The notes beneath the pieces were generated by a model. It worked only from the letters and a program-made list of their open reading frames with translations, had not been told where the DNA came from and made no database searches. DNA of 64,000 nt from contig CP089280.1 in NCBI GenBank assembly GCA_023920165.1, forward strand, positions 434,001-498,000. Reading direction: 5' to 3'. Source of the stretch: Curvularia clavata (taxonomy: Eukaryota). How positions within the stretch are numbered: the first letter of the stretch is position 1; the number at the start of each line of letters is the position of its first letter. Positions 52,347 through 64,000 of the stretch are shown here, in pieces. A program made the translations under genes and the position numbers.

Positions 52347-53248
52347 GTTCCAAAGGGCTGTCGATGTATCCATATGTTAAGTTTGAATAAAAACGAATCT
52401 TTGTGACTACGTATCCCACTGATACAGCGATATCAATTCTATCTAGCATCATGACTAGATTAGCTATTGGGACTGTGTTGACTATATCGACTCTCTTCAA
52501 CGCCTATCACGGGTTGTCTCTCATCTTTTGATATTCTTTCTGGATGATGGATAAGGGTAGCTGTTGATGATTGTAGCTGATGTTCGCCCAAAGTTCAATG
52601 CATATTGTGGACATCAAGGTCGAGACCAAGAAAGTAACGCAGTAGTTGAGCTTAGACTCCCCACATAGGACAAGGGTTAATGATCTTGGGGGATTTGCAG
52701 GTGGGTCTTGACCATTGCGGTGGGCTGAGTCAGTCAAGATCTGGTGGATCAGCAGCCGCATCTATGCAGTACAGATCTGGACTTCATGTTTACTTTTCTC
52801 CAGGGGCGATAAGGCACTGCAAATTCTTTGAAAATTTGATATGCCTTCCCCACTTGATGCGCATTCGAGTCATTCTGGAACTCACCATCTCCGTGTAGTA
52901 AAATTAGCGCAAGCTATAAGGGGTAGCGTAGACGCCAAACGCGCAACCAAGCCAATCGAAACACTGATTGCACAAGCGTAGCCGCTTACCTGCCCGGCAC
53001 CGTATGTCATTGCCGAGTTAGGGCTGAAACGTCATGGGTAAAAGTCGGGAGCTAGTCCACGTTCGCTTGTTTTCCGAGTTGACGGAAATTCCTTCTCCAC
53101 ACAGGCAGTACGCCTAGCGTTTGCATGCAGAGTCATGTGAACCCCTTTCGAAATGAACGTGCGAAGAATAGCGCATACATAGTAGTCTTGCTCGCGCACT
53201 GAATCTCAAGTTAGTTCCCAGTTCCACCGCAAACTTTCAACGATAACT

Positions 53249-54470
53249 ATGGCGCGCGATGATCGATCCGGAGAATTCATTGGTGTGCTGGGCTTCTTCA
53301 TCTGCATCTGCACTCTGCTGGTGATGCTTCGATGTTACTGCAAACTAGTAATTGTGAAGAACTTCTCAGCTGATGACTATTTTTCTGTCCTTACACTGGT
53401 TTCATTCTTGGTCTTTTGTACCTTAGCGCGGCTAGGTATTTCGAACGGAACTGGAAAACGGAGATATCTCATTCCTGATGAAAACTATCCAGTTGGTATG
53501 AAGGTGTGTAGTTTCATATCCACAGCATAGCCCACATTGGTATTAACTAGTAGCAGTGGTGGTGGGCCTGCGAACCGACCTATGTTATCACGAACATCTT
53601 CCTCAAATCCAGCATTGGCATTTTCCTGCTGCGCATCGCCCACGAGAGAAGTCATCGCATCATTCTCTGGACTTCCCTGATTGCTATTCAGGTATACAGC
53701 GTATACTTCTTCTTCATCTTCACTTTCCAGTGCTGGCCGGTTTCCTTCTTCTGGGAGCAATTTCGCGGTGGTAAAGGCCACTGCATCCCCTCCAACGTCA
53801 TTGTAAATTCGTTCTATGGCTACTCTGCATTATCATGTATCACCGATTGGACGTTCAGTATTGTTCCGATCTTCATCGTGCATAATTTACAGATGAACAA
53901 GAGGAACAAAGTCACTGTCGGTGTTGTACTCGCCTGCTGCGCTATGTAAGATTATTCTGCTCTCAGATTATGGTAGTTATTGTACACTAACTTAGTACCA
54001 GTGGCTCTTCAGCTACTATCGTCCGCCTCCCTTTTATCAATGGCCTCAACGATATTCCCGACTTCCTCTATTCGACCATCGACGTTGCAATTTGGTCTAC
54101 CTGCGAAACCGGCATTGGCCTCGCCACCTCCGCTGCCGCCACACTCCGCCCCTTGCTCCGTCAGGTTCTCAAAGATACGTCAACACACGATAGTGCCAGT
54201 CGCAAGCGCTCGCGCGCGTGGACTTCTGGTCATCCATCAAGAGCAGGATATCAGGAACATCCAAGCCAACATGGTGATCATGATATCCAGCTTACGAATC
54301 ATAGTTCGAAACATCATGACGTCCAAGTTATGGGCGGAGGTGGTTCGAGTCCGAGTGGAAGTACCATCGGGCTGAAGGACTGGGAACAGGACAACAAAAG
54401 TGGGCTAGCTGGTGAGAGTGCGCTTAACAACAAGGGTATCATGAAGACAGTGAAGATTACACAGCTATAG
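53249..54470 (+). CDS. PTH11-like (fungal rhodopsin-domain) integral membrane protein; exons 53249-53503, 53557-53945, 54002-54470
   Basis: LRCYCK..ADDY, KSSIGIFLLRI, FQCWP, DWTFSIVPIFIV..LQM and WSTCETGIG..ATLRPL. Confidence 0.88.
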
Positions 54471-55357
54471 AACGGGGTTAATATATGGCAAGATTGTTAT
54501 TTAGATGTGAATTGAGTATAGAATATTGTCGTTGTTTCTCTCCGCAGGATCTTATTGTTCAACGAAGGGGCTCATGTATCATCGTTATTGTGTCTAACTA
54601 CGAAGACTAGTAAAGCAACTTTCTATAGAAATCTCCGGTCACTTGGAATTGAGAAATGAATAAAACCACAGCCATGGCTTATAGATGCATGTGGAGCTGA
54701 GATATGAATGATTTTACTTGCCGTTGAATCGTATTCCAGCAACGTATTGAGATAGACAAGCTCAGATCATTGAACCTTGCAAATCTTGATGATTGCTGTT
54801 TCTTAGTAATTTTTACTCGAATTAATTGCATACGCACTGAATAAAATAAGTAAAGAAACTGCTGTAATCACGTGCGCGATGTCAGAAGTAGATAGTAGCG
54901 AAGGCGGGGTAATTATCATGCTCATTTGACATCTGAATGCACACTGCATATGAGCCGCGGAAGCTATCTCGGAATGGTAGCCACTTGTTCTCATGCGTTC
55001 TTGGAGCTCCTGGCCCAGATTACATCCCTGCTATAGCTCGAAAAAGCTTATTAGTGGCGTCCGTCATGTGGATAATACTAGAACCCGCAAGGCTGAGGCT
55101 CAGCCTGGTCAAGTTCTCGCGCGACAAGAAGCTTCGACTTCTCGGTGCCCTATCCATCAGGCCCAGGTACAGCCAGGAGTCCCATAACAACGCAGCTCTT
55201 GCCAGACGCTTTGTTTTTCACAGGTAACGTATCGCCCAATCGTTTTCGGCTTCGCCACGCTGTGATAAGGGATCTTTCCTTGTAGCAGTCCTATGTAATG
55301 ACGCACATTCAATCATAGTGCTCGCACTTAGATAATACGAACCAACGCAAGACGATA

Positions 55358-56851
55358 ATGAACTCCACATCTTCACCTTCGACAGCATCGCAATTACGGG
55401 GACAATGGACGAATCCCTCTGACGTACTGTCCTTACTACTCATCATCGGAGGAGACATTATACAGAAGGCGCTCGCACAAACAACAGCCGGCCACATACC
55501 ACCCGTCTGCTTCTCATTTGGATGGGTTGCATATTCTTTTACAACGCTGGTCGGAGTGATAGGTGATGGGCGACTGCTTCCTCTACCGGATTTTCCAGTC
55601 AAGGTGTTCAACCTGGAGACATCATATGTACGGGAGAATAGGAATTGGGTCATAGGGCGAATACTACGGGATAATGAGGTTTTTATGAACAAGAGGAGTA
55701 GCTTGAACGGCGCTGGCATTCGCATCTCTGTGTACACGGCTGAAGCGCCGAAGAAGGCAAAGCTAGGTACTCATAGAAGCGAACATGTATGGCTGTGGAT
55801 CACCTTCATTCAGATAGTCATATCTTGTATACCCATCTTCCTTGATCGGGAATGGGGTGTTTTGCTCGTTACTGCCAGCGGAGTAATCGCCGTTGTCATG
55901 GCTAGCAAGCTGCCCCAATGGAACCTTGAGAAATTGCCCTTGAGAAGAAGGAAAGGAAAACACATAGCGCTCACGAGTGGCAATGGATCACGAGAAATTA
56001 TGGTCATATACAGTGCGGGAGAGGCATTAGATTTAGAAGAGCTTGCAGCAGGTGAGAGTCCACGGTCAGATCGCGTGTGGGAAGCATCAGAGCTCTTCTC
56101 AAAGCCCATGAAAGGCCCCAAAGGCGAGCGACAATATCATGCCAACATGAGCGAACAGCGACAAGCGTACATGTGGAAAGGCCTCCCAGTAGGTTTGTGG
56201 GTTACCCGCATGGTCTGCTTCATCCAAGCAATATTCTGGGTTGCATTGCTCATTACGGTAGCGGGTCTGCGGTCTCATACTTGGTACCTTGTAGGAGTAG
56301 GAGGTCTGGGTATGCTACAAAATGCCATAGTAGCTGCAGTTGCTCGACCACCTGACCGTCGCGGTTTACCACTCATTCTCGTCGACAGCATTGTTGCGCG
56401 CAAAGTCATGGACGGTTTGATGGATCTTGAGTGCACAGTCAATGGGGCAGGCCAAGTGCTTATAGACGAGTTCTTCTCTGGATTTGATCATCTGTATCAG
56501 GACGAGCTCGCCTGGTGGAACGGGGATCGGGATTTGTATGACGACAGACGTATGGCAACTGGCGGGAGAGGCAGACCACGGTCGCGACTTCCACGGAAGC
56601 ATATAGATGTCCCAGACATTGACCTTACTGGAAAGTTGCGGCTGGAGCGGCGCACGTCGAGCTGGAAGTCTTCAGCGCTTTCAGAAGAAGTTCGGATAAT
56701 ACCAGGCCGGAATTATGGACAAGGAATGGACTTTCAGTCTGAGAGAGCTAAGGTCGTCATGCCTTCGGCTCAAGAGCCCTCGCTACTCATTCGAAATGAC
56801 CGTGGTTCGAAACAGTCGGAGGACTCCGTGAGGTCGCCTGACTGGGCGTGA
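55358..56851 (+). CDS. Multi-pass membrane protein of unknown function
   Basis: 497-aa intronless ORF with several hydrophobic helices. Motifs QWTNPSDVLSLLLIIGGDIIQKALAQ, PVCFSFGWVAYS and RENRNWVIGRILRD look like a recurrent fungal hypothetical family. Confidence 0.8.
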   Translation: MNSTSSPSTASQLRGQWTNPSDVLSLLLIIGGDIIQKALAQTTAGHIPPVCFSFGWVAYSFTTLVGVIGDGRLLPLPDFPVKVFNLETSYVRENRNWVIGRILRDNEVFMNKRSSLNGAGIRISVYTAEAPKKAKLGTHRSEHVWLWITFIQIVISCIPIFLDREWGVLLVTASGVIAVVMASKLPQWNLEKLPLRRRKGKHIALTSGNGSREIMVIYSAGEALDLEELAAGESPRSDRVWEASELFSKPMKGPKGERQYHANMSEQRQAYMWKGLPVGLWVTRMVCFIQAIFWVALLITVAGLRSHTWYLVGVGGLGMLQNAIVAAVARPPDRRGLPLILVDSIVARKVMDGLMDLECTVNGAGQVLIDEFFSGFDHLYQDELAWWNGDRDLYDDRRMATGGRGRPRSRLPRKHIDVPDIDLTGKLRLERRTSSWKSSALSEEVRIIPGRNYGQGMDFQSERAKVVMPSAQEPSLLIRNDRGSKQSEDSVRSPDWA

Positions 56852-59800
56852 CTGAAGGTCTCAACTGCGTAGTAGACATGATAGCGTTTTTGCTAGAATA
56901 CTGGAGAATTAACATAGGATTTATTGCGGCTTGAACGAGTTTACCATCGTCTATCAGCTCTAATTTTGATCAAGTACGCTAAAGCCAAGTATAATATATG
57001 GATAGGTTGTCCAATTTAGATCTTGCTAAAAGTTATGAATGGTAATCAGTGTCCTATATCGAGATAACTCTTAAGCAATAGTAGCTGACTATTAACAAAC
57101 AAGGTAGTTATATTATCACTCACTTGTTTGTGGAGTATATGATATTCTAAGCAGCAATATTCAAAGTTTCCAGTTTTTACACTTAAAGCATAAGTTTTTA
57201 CACGACAACTGATAGAGTACTATATACAAGTAGCTACTAATTAGAGAGGCGCTACTGTGAAGTAGCTAAAACATGATGTCTTATATTAGCTCGGAGTTAT
57301 TGAAGAAACGTTATAAGGTTGTCATGCAGTACTACTAGTAGTATAGTCCTTGCTCCTAATAGTGCTTGCCGTGCGACATGACTTCATACTACTAAGCTGA
57401 GCGTGGTTCGATCCGCTTACGGTCAAAGGCTGCAGCTTCTACCTCTAATCCTTCCTCGAGATTTTAATATCTACTTGCCCAAGGGCACCATCTTGCTGGT
57501 TTCAATCGCCGAGAGTAATGCTGTATTCAGTGTTGCGGTTCTGAATCTGAAAGTTGTTCCGTAGGGCACCACAAGGACAGTACCAGGAAACAGTGCAGAC
57601 TCTCTTATCGCTGTCATAAATATCACTGAAACCCACGATATTAAAATAAAAAGGAGGGGAAATGTTAGAAGATGCTAGTATCGCTTACAGTTTTCCCTCA
57701 GTGTCAGCAAAAGAGTCAGAGGGTCCACATGCAGATACCTTCTCGCTCGAACCTGCGGAAATGCTCGTCTTATCCACTTCGCGAGTGCTGATCTCTGCGT
57801 CTTTATTGCCATTCTTATGGAATTTACCCCCTCAATCTTTGGGTCAGCAATCGATCTATCGGAAGTACTAGACAATAATAGTAAAATGGTTTGGAACGGG
57901 AGACGAAAGGAACTCACATATGGCTTCTGCAATTTTTACGCTGATGGATCCATTTTGGAAACTGTTGATGATATGGATGGTAACCCATTGTGCGTATGGC
58001 ATGATCGAAGTTTTGGAAATTGGCGAGGTGTTGGACTGAAATGGTAGGTAGTGTACATTTGCATGATGAAAATGATTGTCAGGAAGCCCAATATATATCT
58101 GGCAGGAATTCTTCACAAATTCAGATTTCCATAGCTCCAGAGACGTGCATAAAGTGGGGCTGTGTGACATTGGCTCTTCGTCTTGAGGAATAAACAACAA
58201 CACCCTCAGATTCTGGTCTCAAGAAGCAAGCGCCCGCTAATCCTACGCCACACACCGCAATTCTCGCTTGATGATAACCCGGGTTGGAAAATGCTACTGA
58301 CGGCTTGAAAGAGACTCAACCGTCCACATCCATTTATCAAGGATCATACACAAGTCTCTATGCAAAAGAGCAAGGAATAGTCGCCATGGGTTGCACAAAG
58401 CGGAAGTTGTGAATGCAAATTAGTGTAATGCATACGCATCCATCCGTCACAGTGTCTAGTGTCGACGGATACGGTGTGCAGGTGGGCTTCTTATGAGACA
58501 GTTGTACTGGGAGATGAAGCAGTGTACACTGCGCACGCAAAGCCATGCCAAAAGCACTCCCCAATTATCAAGGTTACTCCACAGCAACATCTATCATGCA
58601 ATCTGACGCAAATCATCATGGCATCATTTACCCAACTAGAGTGCACGTCTCTCGACTGGTACCTGGTATCCATAGCATCTTACACGCTATTGGAGAACTT
58701 TATCTCAGATTTACTAAAACCTTAATCCGATTTTGGGAATAATAAGAATTAAATTTTGTCTAAGATCCTTGTGGCCTAGTGATACCAAAAACCAAATCCG
58801 TGACAACACGATCGCAAACCATCCTATTATGATGTGATAGGCTTGTTCGTTTACGCATATGTAAGAAGGAAAGTTCTATCTCAAATTTTCGTGATGCCCT
58901 AGAAGTCTACGCACTTCCAGAAGAGACGAAGTCAAACAATGTAGACTTGTTTAGCTGAGACTGATATTCGTGACAAAATGAAAGGTGTGCTGGGGACCAT
59001 CATGCAAGGTATGGCACACCGCTACCTCGATCTGGCAAATGCGAGCGCCATCAGAACGACCCGATCCGAGTACGCTAGAATTTACAGGCGCAGAAGTGCA
59101 GATCAGAGGAGAGGATAGGAGAAGAGCACTTTGCACTTCGTACGCAATCCACTCTGATAAATTGTTGTCACATGCATCGCAAAGATTGCTCCGTGAGGGT
59201 AGATAATAGGGCGCTGCTATTCAAGCAGATCATGACTGGGGCCATTTGTAAGGAATATGTCCTTTAGGTTTGTAGACCATTATCAACATACCACATAGGT
59301 TGGTTGCGCATATAAGTAGCATTGGATGCCAAATGGTAATGTTTCCCCCCACATCTAGCGCTCCACATACACGCTTCCCAATTTTTTTCTTTTTTTTTAG
59401 CTACAACGTACCTCACGGGCGAGTGGCCCACGCTAATATTGCCCTTAACAAAACCGCCTCTCTACTCCAACATCGCTATACTATTGGTATTGATAACTTT
59501 CGAATGAATATTAGATGTTAATTTCTATTTTTATTCCTTATAACTAGCTGGCCTATGGCAATTAGCTAATATTAAAAAACAGTCTTAAAATAAATGTAGG
59601 ATACCATTTAATCTACTGGAACTTAAAAATGTTAAAAATAATATATCTAAGAAAGAGATAAATATAAACCATATTGGCTTTAGTCTTTAATATACAGTGG
59701 GGGTTCACGAAAAAAAAGTACAAAAAAATGTAGTAGTTTTAGAAGTAGTATAACTCAGCCAATAAAATAGCTAAAAATATAAAGAATACTATTTAATATA

Positions 59801-60306
59801 GAGATTCGTTAGTAGATTTATTCTAGAAATTTCAATATAGCTTGATAAGTATTAAAAAAATATAATATATTATTAAAGTAGAGTAAAAAAAAGTACAAAA
59901 TAAAAGCTACTTTTTTGCGCTTAAATATTTTAGTACTTATAGTTTATATTATTTATATATAGAATATTGATATATATGTAAAGTATATATTTTTTATAGC
60001 TATAATTATCTATCTAGAAAAATAGTTATATAAGATTATTAATTTTAGTACTAGTATATATAATTAGTGGCTTAGTAAGCTATTAGTTAGCATTTAGTAT
60101 ATATAGATAAATTTTAATTCTCACTAACTTAGATATATATTTCTATACTATAGATCTATGTTTTTTGAAATTTAAATATTAAATTAAAGCGTTTTTAGAT
60201 ATTTGAATATTTATTAAGTACATTATAAATTATTTTGAAAATACCCCATAATCTATCTATAACGCTATTTATCGAATTAAAAAAAAATTGAAAGCTATTA
60301 GTTAGC

Positions 60307-60727
60307 TGTTACTACCCTAGAAAAGCATAACACGCACGAGCCAGTAAGCGGTTTAGAGGATTCCCACGTACGGACGACTACGCCGCAATCCTACAACCGT
60401 GCCGCACGACAGTTACGTGACGTAATCTATAATATATAAAGCTTGGCGGAATGGAGTAATAGAGCACTCTATATTTAATCTATTAATCTATAGTGCTTGG
60501 CGGAATAGAGCAATAGAGCACTCTACATAACACCTTAGTATATAGCAATAGGCATCGAACCCTTATAGCTTAATATATTTAGCTTAAGTTATAAGTATAA
60601 GTATAATATATAAGTTACTTATAGAACTATTTATAATATACTATTATTTTATCTGCGAAAACTAACCTAAGAAGATCTTGATACTAGAAGTCTTATGTTG
60701 CTTCCACTTGAGATCATACTCTTAATA
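60307..60727 (+). mobile_element. Solo LTR (421 bp) inserted in the transposase, TSD TTAGC
   Basis: TTAGC|TGTTAC...CTCTTAATA|TTAGC: perfect 5-bp TSD (60302-60306, 60728-60732). TG start; the terminal CA appears RIP-converted to TA. Strand is relative to the second copy only. Confidence 0.75.
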
Positions 60728-61277
60728 TTAGCAAGAAAGAACTAAATTTGGCAAAATTTCAAAAGTAACTTCTAGGGCTAAAAGAGCTATTGATAGAGAT
60801 ATAACTAGAAGCCTAGAAAAGACTAATAAAAGATGACTACAAGAGAATAATCAAAATATTTCTTTTAGTATACTAAAAAGAGTATTAAAAGAAGAAGGCT
60901 AGGGAATAAATATTTATTTAAAAAAACAGATATTAAATAAAGAAAAAGCTAAAAAAGACTAGCTTATTATAAAAAACAGCTGACTAATCCAAGTAATATA
61001 GATTTTACTAAGATTATATTCTCAGACGAGTCTAGAATTAAGCGTGGGTATGGATCTAGAGCTGAATTCTCTAGAAATCGCCTAAAAAAACGACAAAATC
61101 TAAAAATATATTCTACAAAAAATGTAAGTACGTTTAAAAATATTTCTAATAAGCCAAAATATAGTTATATATATATACATATATAACTATATATATAATT
61201 TGTATTTTCTATATCTAGCTGACTGAGCTAATTTTAAGCCCATGATATAACTATCTATGTTTGGGGAGCTATTTAGA

Positions 61278-61762
61278 TATTAAGAGTAGGATCTCGAGTG
61301 GAAGTAATATAAGACTTCTAGTGTTAAGATCTTCTTAGGTTAGTTCTTACAGATAAAGTAATAGTATATTATAAACAGTTCTATAAGTAACTCGTATATT
61401 GTACTTATACTTATAACTTAAGTTAAATATATTAAGTAATCAAGATTTAATATCTATTACTATATACTAAAGAGTATAGCTTACTTATTGTTAAGTATTC
61501 TACCACTTAATACAAAACACTACTACTTAATTTATCTCTTAATTATAATTAGCTATCCGTATTTAGTACTAATTACTATAGATTTTGCTTAGTAGTAAGC
61601 GCTTACTTATTACTAAGCAGTTACGTAACTACGGCATAGTAGAAAGAATTGCGGCATAGCGTTTTAGATTAGGTCCTCTAAACTAATAACTATTACTAGG
61701 CGTAATTACTTTTAGTGTTATCAAGGTGTATTTTATGTGTGTCCGTTTCTTGGATCGTAATA
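61278..61762 (-). mobile_element. Solo LTR (485 bp), opposite orientation, TSD TTAGA/TTGGA
   Basis: Removing 61278-61762 and one TSD copy restores GGA GCT ATT TGG ATA GGT GGA AGA (GAIWIGGR). About 190 bp are an inverted match to 60539-60727. Confidence 0.75.
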
Positions 61763-64000
61763 TTGGATAGGTGGAAGATCCGATCTAGTAGTTATAAAGA
61801 CACTAAATAGTGTGGTTAGTTATCGAAATTACTACTATATACGAAAATGTCTAATACTCTATATAAAGCCAGAGTTAAAAGCTGGTAAATTATTTATATT
61901 ATTTTACTCATTATTTATATATATATATATATATTTCTTACTAGCTAGTTATATTTTAGTGATATATATATATTTAGGCTGGCAGTTCTAATAAGATAAG
62001 GCTAAAATCTATAAAGCTAGAAACGTTCTAGACTGGTTTAGGCGCCATCACATCAAGATTTTTGAACATCCAGCGTATAGTCCGGATTTAAATCCAATAG
62101 AAAACGTATGGAGCTTGCTTAAAAATCAGCTTACTAAGCTGCCAGCTAGTAGTCTTGGCACGGGTAATAACCAGCAAAGTATTAATACTTTTATTAATAC
62201 TATATTAGAAGAGTGGCATGAAATACCGCAAAAAGATATAGATAACTGTATTTTATCTATGCCAAAACGCTATAATAGAGTAGTAGAAGCTAAGGGCTGG
62301 TATACTAAATATTAGATAGTAATTTACAGTTATTATCTAATATAGATACTAAAATATAACTTATGTATGTATCTAATAGTTATGATAGATAACTATAGCT
62401 ATATAAAATATATACTATATATATATATATATGGTTATAATATATATATGTATATACTAAAAGCAATAAATACTTAAAGATTTAAGCGCGAAAAAACAGT
62501 TTTTATTTTGCTTTTGTTCTTCACTCTACTTTGACAATTTACTGTATTTTATATATGCTGACTAAGCTCAATTTAAAATACTAAATCATCATAACTAGCT
62601 AAAATCTATACAAAATAGCAACTTTTATATCTTTAGCTAATTTATTGGCCGAGTTATACTAATTCTAAAACTACTACCTTTATTAGTACTTTTTTTTCGT
62701 GAACCCCCACTATAGTTATATAACTATCTTAGTACTATTTATATATCTATATTCTTGTAATTTATATAGTTTTTTAATAGGATTCTTCTTTATATATATA
62801 GATATATAAGATTATTTTTTATTTCTAGACTTATTTTGGTCTAGTAGTCTACTAAAATCTTTCTATCTATTTAGTGGAATCTCCTTTTTTACTTTCTATT
62901 ACTATTTCTGTTATACCTTTTTCTTTACTTAGCTATTTTAGCTATTTAGGCTAGGTCTAGCTAGTTCTAATTTAGACTACTATTAGCTATTTTTTTAAAT
63001 ACTATATGATATAGCTTTTTATAGCTCTTTTTATATAAATTAGAGTTTTAGCTTTGAATATCTATAACCTTATTAAGTAATTCTACATACAATAGGATTT
63101 TAAAGTTAAACTAAATTGATATTCAAGTATATTAACTCATTCTTAATTAAGTTTCTTTATTATTATAAAACGAATTTCAATCTAGTAATTAGTAAAGATT
63201 TTGATCATATATAGAAGTTCAAATAAATATATTTTCTATTATTCAAAAGTATTTACTACTCTAAGCAGTTTCTTATTATAGATATTATAGTTTAAATCTA
63301 TTTAATTAAACTTTGATAATTAATAAAAATACTAATTTTAATTATCTATCTAGATACAACTATAAAACTATAGCTCTAGGTATATAGGTAGATATATTAG
63401 TGTTAAGTTTAGTTAGCTATTAAGAAATATAAATTTCTAGTACTAGCACTTCTAGCAAAATTTGTTTAAACTTATTAAAAGCTTTTTATCATTTCCAGTT
63501 TTGTTTAAAATTTACTGTTTTTTTAAATTTCTATAAAAGATATTATAATCTATAAATAACTTTTTATGAACTTCTAGTGATAGTTTATTTATTTACTGAT
63601 ATTTTTACTCCTATACGTGGCTCCTCTATAGCGATTGGCCGAAAATACATATTATATAAACGAGCAGTAGACTTTCTTTTAGTCTACAAAAAATCAAAAA
63701 GTTAAAATAAAGAATGCTATCTTAATAGAGATTTAAATCTGAGATCTCAGACTCGAGATCTTAAGTACTAAATATTTTAGATACTAAAGTTTTATAACTT
63801 ATATTCTGAGAATTTACATAATACTAGTTAAAATCAAACTAAATTATAGAATAATAATAACTACTCTATGAGACGTCTAATAATATATAGTAAAATGTAA
63901 AAGAAAGTTGTAGTTGGATACAAATATAACTTTCTTAATTAACTAAAATAGCTTATTAGGAGGCAAGTAATAGATATAAAATATCTAATGAATAATCAAA

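Larger units (their letters stand above)
59695..62712 (+). mobile_element. Tc1/mariner (DD34E) DNA transposon, RIP-inactivated, TA TSD, long imperfect TIRs
   Basis: TA|CAGTGGGGGTTCACGAAAAAAAAGTAC ... GTACTTTTTTTTCGTGAACCCCCACTA|TA. Transposase remnants IFSDES (~61016), VWGAI/WIGGRSDLVV and F**DKAKIYKA...HPAYSPDLNPIENVW, with 34 residues between D and E. Confidence 0.92.
59400..64000. repeat. AT-rich, RIP-mutated repeat block (nested transposon relics), runs off the window end
   Basis: Abrupt fall in GC, TpA excess and CpA/TpG depletion, TAA/TAG stops where CAA/CAG/TGG are expected, and no long ORFs. Confidence 0.9.

Noticed and set aside
57365..57426. tRNA-like GGTTCGATCC (T-loop/B-box) motif
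   Set aside because: Could not fold a T-stem, D-arm or anticodon arm. At best a degenerate relic; tRNAscan-SE would decide.
57662..58203. Short ORFs near the AT block
   Set aside because: Under 115 aa, frame-broken and unrecognisable; possibly pseudogene debris.
60539..61465. Inverted repeat interpreted as a nested TIR element (MITE)
   Set aside because: The enclosed DNA is continuous host transposase, and each arm belongs to a separate insertion with its own 5-bp TSD.
62115..62315. 66-aa ORF as an independent gene
   Set aside because: It is the C-terminal remnant of the RIP-inactivated Tc1 transposase.
1..64000. CRISPR arrays, rRNA genes, PKS/NRPS backbone genes, Starship captain recombinase
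   Set aside because: None seen; the sequence is eukaryotic with no such motifs in the ORF track.

Overview
Filamentous ascomycete genomic DNA with GT-AG introns and RIP-type repeat decay, probably from a Dothideomycete (inference). (1) 1-22.2 kb is a housekeeping block: WBP2-like gene (partial), PTS2-bearing peroxisomal 3-ketoacyl-CoA thiolase, Dlt1-like membrane protein, a GH47 mannosidase homologue lacking most catalytic residues, TATA-binding protein, two tandem RING-finger genes, MRC1/claspin with an MCB-box cluster, and a C2H2 zinc-finger gene. (2) 25-57 kb is accessory-like. It holds two PTH11-like membrane receptors and a compact five-gene putative nitrogen-catabolic cluster (amino-acid transporter, PgdA/PuuE-type CE4 hydrolase, amidase, SDR, Adr1/AmdX-type C2H2 regulator) whose promoters carry Adr1-type TTGGAG sites. 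It also holds a head-to-head pair of a 'NOD-less' hydrolase-TPR gene and a HET-domain gene (candidate paired immune/cell-death module), plus a membrane protein of unknown function. (3) 59.4-64 kb is an AT-rich RIP-mutated repeat block containing a Tc1-type (DD34E) transposon with ~245-bp imperfect TIRs. Its transposase is interrupted by two related solo LTRs in opposite orientation, each with a 5-bp TSD. Gene models and family calls were made by eye from motifs; no database searches were run.
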